64,000 bases of DNA from Lysobacteraceae bacterium (GTDB lineage Bacteria > Pseudomonadota > Gammaproteobacteria > Xanthomonadales > Rhodanobacteraceae), in assembly GCA_040255405.1 (NCBI GenBank), contig JBDZUX010000006.1, forward strand, positions 3,862 through 67,861. Direction: 5' to 3'. The notes under the pieces are model-generated. The model had not been told where the DNA came from. It saw only the letters and a list, made by a program, of their open reading frames with translations, and did not search any database. The translations under genes and the position numbers were made by a program. Of the stretch, positions 58,930 through 64,000 are shown in pieces (within the stretch, counting starts at the first letter, position 1; every line of letters begins with the position of its first letter).

Positions 58930-59424
58930 TCACGGTTGGCTGGTTGGCTTCCCGAACAACCCGAACGCGATCAGCAGCACCGCGCCGACCGTGATCGCGG
59001 AATCGGCGACGTTGAAGGCGGGAAACGACCACGCGTGCCAATAGACCTGGATGAAATCGGTGACCTGGCCGTGGATCAGGCGGTCGATGAGATTGCCGAG
59101 CGCGCCGCCGATGATCAGCGCCACCGGCAACGCGGTGCGCCAGTCGCGGCGGGCGGTACGCGCCAGCCACACGATCAGGCCCACACACACCACCACCGCC
59201 AGGATACCGAACAGCCACGTCTGCCAGCCGGACGAGTCGGCGAGGAAGCTGAAAGCCGCGCCGCGATTGAAGGCCAGGGTCCAGTTCAGCACGTGCGGGA
59301 TCGCCTCGTGCGGCATGTACGGCATCAGCGCGTGGCGCACGATGATCTTGGTGAGCTGGTCGAAGCCGATCACCACGGCGGACACGGCCAGCCACGGCAG
59401 GGCATGGGGTTTTGGAAGGCTCAC
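58930..59424 (-). CDS. lspA: Lipoprotein signal peptidase (signal peptidase II)
   Basis: Blocks are DQLTK, NRGAAFSF, GGALGNLIDR and FNVADSAI. The start is GTG. Confidence 0.9.
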   Translation of the reverse strand: MSLPKPHALPWLAVSAVVIGFDQLTKIIVRHALMPYMPHEAIPHVLNWTLAFNRGAAFSFLADSSGWQTWLFGILAVVVCVGLIVWLARTARRDWRTALPVALIIGGALGNLIDRLIHGQVTDFIQVYWHAWSFPAFNVADSAITVGAVLLIAFGLFGKPTSQP

Positions 59425-59562
59425 GATGGGTCACCTGTACGGCAGCGACGCGCATGATAACGGGGCCGCACGACGTGGCGACGGGCTCCGCGGTGTGCAA
59501 TGCCCGCCTGATGCATCGACATCCGCGCGCCCGGGAGGCCGGGTGCTAGACTCGCGGCGACC

Positions 59563-59991
59563 ATGGTGATTTGCAGAACGACCGCGGACATCGATGCGCC
59601 CGCGCAACGCGTCTGGAATGCACTGGCGGCCGTCGATGCATGGCCGCAATGGCTGCCCACGGTCCGTTCCGTGGAAGCGCTGGATGGCATGCCGCTCGAG
59701 GTCGGCAAACGTTTCCGCGTCACCCAGCCGAAGCTGCGTCCGGCCGTCTGGGTCGTGGAGGTCGTCGAACCCGGACGCAGGTTCCTGTGGCGGGTTCGTT
59801 CGCCCGGCATGCGGATGACCGGCGATCACGTCGTCGAATCCGCGGGGCCGAGTGCGGCCCGCGCGATCCTGGGCTTTGCCTTCGAAGGCATCGTCGGCGT
59901 CCTGTTGGGCAAGCTGTACGGCCCATTGACCCGCGGCTATATCGAGCAGGAGGCGCGGGCACTCAAAGCGGTTGCGGAGGCCACCGACTAG
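59563..59991 (+). CDS. SRPBCC (polyketide cyclase/START-like) family protein
   Basis: The sequence is MVICRTTADIDAPAQRVWNALAAVDAWPQWLPTV. Confidence 0.7.
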   Translation: MVICRTTADIDAPAQRVWNALAAVDAWPQWLPTVRSVEALDGMPLEVGKRFRVTQPKLRPAVWVVEVVEPGRRFLWRVRSPGMRMTGDHVVESAGPSAARAILGFAFEGIVGVLLGKLYGPLTRGYIEQEARALKAVAEATD

Positions 59992-60047
59992 GGTTCCACC
60001 CGCGCAGACCACCCGCAGACAAGCGGCCCGCGGCGCGCGTCAAGGCA

Positions 60048-60656
60048 TCATCGGCCCAGCGCGCCGCGTGCAACCGGAAGGATTGCCTCGACCCAGCGCG
60101 CGTACTGCGCGCCCGAGGGATGCAGGCCGTCGCCCACCCATTCGTTGCGCGACCCGGGCTGGCGTGAAATCGCCGTGACGTCGACCCACGTCGCAGCGGC
60201 ACTTGTGGTTTCCGCCGACGCAATGGCGTTGAAGGCATCGATCTCGCGCGCGACGCACGCGCTGTCGTGACCCTCGCGCAGGGCGAACGGCGTGACACCC
60301 CAGTCGGGGATCGACACCGCGATCACCTGCGCGGGATGCCCGCCGGCAAGCTGGATCGCACGTTGCAACAGATCACGGAAGTGCGCATGGTATTCGTCCA
60401 CGTCACGTCCGCGATACTGGTCGTTGACGCCAATCAGCAGTGTCACCAATGCGTACGGCGACGCGAATGTTTCAACGTCCATCGCGGCCGACAGCTCATC
60501 GGTGGTCCAGCCGGTGGTCGCCACGATCTGCGGATCGGCAATGTCGACACCCTCGCCGCGCAGGCGCGCCGCAAGTTGCACCGGCCAGCGTTCGCCGGGC
60601 GCAACACCTTCGCCGATGGTGTAGGAATCGCCGAGGGCCAGGAATCCGAAGGCCAT
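60048..60656 (-). CDS. SGNH/GDSL hydrolase family protein
   Basis: Block I is MAFGFLALGDSYTIGEG (GDS). Block V is DGLHPS. Confidence 0.8.
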   Translation of the reverse strand: MAFGFLALGDSYTIGEGVAPGERWPVQLAARLRGEGVDIADPQIVATTGWTTDELSAAMDVETFASPYALVTLLIGVNDQYRGRDVDEYHAHFRDLLQRAIQLAGGHPAQVIAVSIPDWGVTPFALREGHDSACVAREIDAFNAIASAETTSAAATWVDVTAISRQPGSRNEWVGDGLHPSGAQYARWVEAILPVARGALGR

Positions 60657-60659
60657 GCT

Positions 60660-61904
60660 TCAGGCGACCTTCGATTCCGGCTGCTCCTCTTCCATTCGCG
60701 CAAGCACGCGCTCGATGCGCGCGAACACGTCGGCGATCTCGGGGGCTTCGGGCAGCAGCGTGATCCGGAAATGCCGGCTGGATTGGAGGTTGAAGCTGGA
60801 GCCCGGCACCACCAGCGCGTGTTCCTCGTCCAGCAGGCGCAGCGCGAAGGCGGCGTCATCGAAATGCGGGAATGCATCCGTACGCACCGACGGGAACGCA
60901 TACAACGCGCCTTCCGGCGCCACGCATTCGAGGAACCGGCTGCGCGCGACGCTTTCCAGCACGGAACGCCGCGATTCGTGCAGACGGCCGCCGGGCGCAG
61001 TCAGCGCCGTGATGGTGTCGGGACCGGTGAGGGCCGGCTCGATCGCCCACTGCGCGGGCACGTTCGCGCACAGGCGCAACGCAGCCAGCAACTGCAAGCC
61101 ATCACGATAGGCCTCGATGCGTTCGCCCGCGCCTGACAACGTCGCCCATCCGATCCGGAAACCGCAGGCGCGATGCACCTTCGACAGTCCCGCGAAGGTC
61201 ACGCAAGGCAGGTCGCCCGCCAGCGACGCCAGCGGGGTGAAGGGCGCACCGTCGTAGCGGATCTCGTCGTAGATTTCGTCGGACAACAGCAGCAGGCCAC
61301 GGCGCTCCGCGATCGTGACGATGCGCTCCAGCAGCGCGCGCGGCCAGCACGCGCCGGTCGGATTGTTCGGATTGATCAGGACGATCGCGCGGGTGCGCGG
61401 GCCGCACAACGCCTCGATCTCGTCCGGATCGGGCAGGTGCGCGCGCGACGCCGGGCACGCGTAGTAGCGCGGCACGCCGGCGTTGAGGATGGTCGCGGCA
61501 CTCCACAACGGGTAATCCGGCGCCGGCAGCAGCACCTCGTCGCCGGGGTCCAACAGGCCGCGCAGCGCAAGGTCGATCAGCTCGCTGACACCATTGCCGA
61601 CGAACACGCGCTCGATGCCGGGCAGGCTCGCGCCGCGCGCGTGCTGGCGCGCAAGGATCGCCTCGCGTGCGGATTCCAGCCCCTGTTCGTGGCAGTACGC
61701 ATCGCTGTCGGCGAGGTGCGCGGTGATCGCGGCCGTCAGGTGCGCCGGCGCCCGGAACCCGAACCGCCCCGGGTTGCCGATGTTGAGCTTCAGCACCGCA
61801 TGGCCTGCGGCCTCCAGCGCCCGCGCGTGCCGGGCCAGTGCCCCGCGGATTTCGTAGCGGACTTCGGCAAGACGGAAGCTTGGATGAATGGCGATCGGGC
61901 GCAT
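60660..61904 (-). CDS. PLP-dependent aminotransferase, class I/II (AlaA/AlaC-like)
   Basis: Blocks are LNIGNP, VLINPNNPTG, SDEIYD and FAGLSKVHRACGFRIGW (PLP Lys). The stop lies 3 nt before the SGNH gene start. Confidence 0.85.
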   Translation of the reverse strand: MRPIAIHPSFRLAEVRYEIRGALARHARALEAAGHAVLKLNIGNPGRFGFRAPAHLTAAITAHLADSDAYCHEQGLESAREAILARQHARGASLPGIERVFVGNGVSELIDLALRGLLDPGDEVLLPAPDYPLWSAATILNAGVPRYYACPASRAHLPDPDEIEALCGPRTRAIVLINPNNPTGACWPRALLERIVTIAERRGLLLLSDEIYDEIRYDGAPFTPLASLAGDLPCVTFAGLSKVHRACGFRIGWATLSGAGERIEAYRDGLQLLAALRLCANVPAQWAIEPALTGPDTITALTAPGGRLHESRRSVLESVARSRFLECVAPEGALYAFPSVRTDAFPHFDDAAFALRLLDEEHALVVPGSSFNLQSSRHFRITLLPEAPEIADVFARIERVLARMEEEQPESKVA

Positions 61905-61994
61905 GGCTGCAAACGTCCTCGGGTTCGGGCATGCTAGCGGCGATCAAGGTGTCCGCAAACACCACATCGAGCCTCCGTACCGGCGACTTCCGCC

Positions 61995-63056
61995 ATGGCA
62001 ACCGTTCCCACGCAATCGGCACCGACGCTACGGCGCATCGGCTGGCAGGGCGATCTACCGGCGCTCACGAATGGCCAGATGCTCGCGCGGGTGTCCGCCC
62101 AGCACCGCGCCGGTTACGAAGTCCATGACGGCGAGCACGCGTTCAACGCGCAGCCCGCGCCGAAATTCCTGAAACGCGGCATCGACCCGGCCCACCGCCC
62201 TGCAGTGGGCGACTTCGTGATCATCGAGACCGGCACGCCGCCACGCATCGTGGAAGTGCTGCCCCGCCGCGGCGTGCTCGAGCGCGCGGCCGCGGGCGAA
62301 CGCTACGCACGCCAGATCATCGCCAGCAACATCGACGTGGTGCTGGTGCTGACCGGCCTCGACGACGATTTCAACCCCGCGCGCATCGAACGCTACCTGG
62401 CCCTGGTCGAGGGCTCCGATGCGCACGCCGTCGTCGTGCTGACCAAGCACGACACCGTCGATCCGGATGACGCCGACGGCATGATGGCGGAATTGCGCGA
62501 GCGCCTGCCGGCGGAGACGCCGATCATTGCGATCAACGGCAAGGATGCGGCACGTGTCGCAGCGCTGGATCCGTTCCTCGTACCCGCCGCCACTGCCGTG
62601 CTGGTCGGTTCGTCCGGGGCCGGCAAATCCACCCTCACCAACACGCTGCTTGGCGAGCGCCGGATGGCCACCGCCGCGACCCGCGCCGGCGACGACCACG
62701 GCCGCCACACCACCACCCATCGCGCCCTGCTGCCGCTGCCGTGCGGCGCATGCCTGATCGACACGCCGGGGATGCGCGAATTGAAGCTGACCGGGGACGA
62801 AAACCTGGAATTGTTCGCTGACATCGACGCCCTCACCGAACAATGCCGCTTCACCGATTGCAGCCACGCGACCGAACCCGGTTGCGCGGTGCGCGCCGCG
62901 CTGGATGCGGGGGAACTCGACCCCGGCCGATGGCGGCATTACCAGAAGCTGCACGACCAGCGCGAAGAACAGGCAGCGCGATTCGAAGACCGCCTGGGCG
63001 GCGCGCGCCAGCCGATCCGCCCGCACCGCCACCGCGACTGGCAGGAACGCGAGTAG
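61995..63056 (+). CDS. rsgA: Ribosome small-subunit-dependent GTPase A
   Basis: The circularly permuted G domain has VLTKHD and VGSSGAGKSTLTNTLLG. The zinc knuckle is CRFTDCSHATEPGCAV. Confidence 0.9.
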   Translation: MATVPTQSAPTLRRIGWQGDLPALTNGQMLARVSAQHRAGYEVHDGEHAFNAQPAPKFLKRGIDPAHRPAVGDFVIIETGTPPRIVEVLPRRGVLERAAAGERYARQIIASNIDVVLVLTGLDDDFNPARIERYLALVEGSDAHAVVVLTKHDTVDPDDADGMMAELRERLPAETPIIAINGKDAARVAALDPFLVPAATAVLVGSSGAGKSTLTNTLLGERRMATAATRAGDDHGRHTTTHRALLPLPCGACLIDTPGMRELKLTGDENLELFADIDALTEQCRFTDCSHATEPGCAVRAALDAGELDPGRWRHYQKLHDQREEQAARFEDRLGGARQPIRPHRHRDWQERE

Positions 63057-63067
63057 CGTCGCCGGGG

Positions 63068-64000
63068 ATGAACGCATCGCTCGCGCCCGCCTTGAGGCGA
63101 TATGCCGAGCTCGACAGGCGACTGGTCAAGGCCGTACGGGACATCCGGGTGCTCGACAGGGTGGCCTGGCCCGCGGCCGTCGAGCAGCGTTTCCTCGCCG
63201 ACCTGCAGCGCGGCCGGGAAATCCTGCCCCGCTTCGAATACAGTCCGCCCGATTTGTTCGTGCAACGCGCGGATCTTCTCGAAATCGCGGCAGCGGCCGA
63301 CGTGTCGCACCCGTTGGGCGCCTATCTCGCGCGCAGCGCCGGATCGTGGCACATCGCCGCGCGCATGCTGGAGGCGGTCGGCACGGCCGGGGTGGTCGAG
63401 CCGTCCATCGAACTGTACGGCAAGCCCGGCGACCCCTTGCCCGGCGGGGGACAAACCAACCTCGACGCCGCCCGCTGGTTCCTCGAAATCGCCGCGGAAC
63501 TGGGCGACGGTCGGGAATTGCCCGAAGCCGAGTACTGCATTCCGGCCGAGGCTCTGCGCGAGGATGTCCAGGCCGAGGTCGACGCCCGTTTCGGGGCCGG
63601 TGCCGTGCGGGTCGAAATCGATCCCGAGCTGACCGCCAAGGCGGCGGCCGGCGCCAGCCGCATCCGCCTGCGCGGCGCCACGTGTTTTTCCGAATACGAC
63701 CGCTCGCAACTGCTTGCGCACGAGGCGCTGGTGCACACCCTCACCGCGCGCAATGGCCGCGCGCAGCCCGTGTTGAAGTCGCTGTCACGCACCGCGCCGC
63801 GGGCCACCGCCACCCAGGAAGGCCTGGCCGTGTTCGCGGAACTCATGTCGGGTTCGATCGACATCGCGCGCCTGCAGCGGATCAGCCTGCGCATCCTCGC
63901 GATCGAGATGGCATTGAAAGGCGCGGACTTCATCGAGGTCTACCGCTGGTTCCGCGAACAAGGCCAGACCGTGGCCGACAGTTTTTATTCGACGCAGCGG
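63068..64000 (+). CDS. DUF1704 / QEGLA-motif protein (tyrosine/phenylalanine carboxypeptidase-like), 5' part; continues past the right edge
   Basis: Own translation from ATG 63068 gives MNASLAPALRRYAELDRRLVKAVRDIRVLDRVAWPAAVEQRF...LLAHEALVHTLTARNG...ATQEGLAVFAELMSG... The frame stays open to the end of the window, which is why it is absent from the ORF track. Confidence 0.7.
   Translation, partial: MNASLAPALRRYAELDRRLVKAVRDIRVLDRVAWPAAVEQRFLADLQRGREILPRFEYSPPDLFVQRADLLEIAAAADVSHPLGAYLARSAGSWHIAARMLEAVGTAGVVEPSIELYGKPGDPLPGGGQTNLDAARWFLEIAAELGDGRELPEAEYCIPAEALREDVQAEVDARFGAGAVRVEIDPELTAKAAAGASRIRLRGATCFSEYDRSQLLAHEALVHTLTARNGRAQPVLKSLSRTAPRATATQEGLAVFAELMSGSIDIARLQRISLRILAIEMALKGADFIEVYRWFREQGQTVADSFYSTQR

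Overview
High-GC (about 65-70% by eye) chromosomal segment of a gammaproteobacterium. Gene content and repeat types suggest Xanthomonadales/Lysobacterales, which is inference only. There are about 55 protein genes and one tRNA-Asn, with no rRNA, CRISPR array, transposase or integrase. From left to right the window holds seven blocks. (1) A CGNR zinc-finger gene coupled to an MFS gene, divergent from a DJ-1/PfpI gene. (2) A roughly 18 kb TonB-dependent alpha-glucan utilisation (CUT-type) locus with an MFS sugar symporter, a six-hairpin GH, a GH39-like enzyme, GH31, a secreted GH13 amylase, a tryptophan-halogenase homologue, a TonB-dependent receptor, a cytoplasmic GH13 alpha-glucosidase, a LacI regulator and glucokinase. 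It also has candidate LacI operators. (3) A Na+/H+ antiporter and uvrB. (4) An accessory-looking stretch between uvrB and tRNA-Asn holding the most interesting candidate. This is a translationally coupled pair encoding a SIR2-like/TIR fusion protein and a 1064-aa nSTAND-type P-loop NTPase with one transmembrane helix and a long helical-repeat C-terminus. It looks like an NAD-targeting conflict or anti-phage module. A cupin, an orphan FimT-type pseudopilin and an orphan HMG-CoA-synthase-like gene follow it. (5) Housekeeping blocks: amiB-tsaE-nnr / queG, panBCD, murJ, rpsT, obgE-rpmA-rplU, uvrA, tsaB, dinG/yoaA, queDE, nadE, sucCD, lspA and rsgA. (6) Small accessory genes: AraC, VOC, GNAT, a DUF202 pair, SRPBCC, SGNH, an aminotransferase and a QEGLA/DUF1704 gene. 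(7) Three families of intergenic palindromic repeats. One is a REPIN/MITE-like family with 4 copies, and one of those copies sits in frame inside nadE. The many long ORFs antisense to these genes in the supplied track are high-GC shadow ORFs and are not called.
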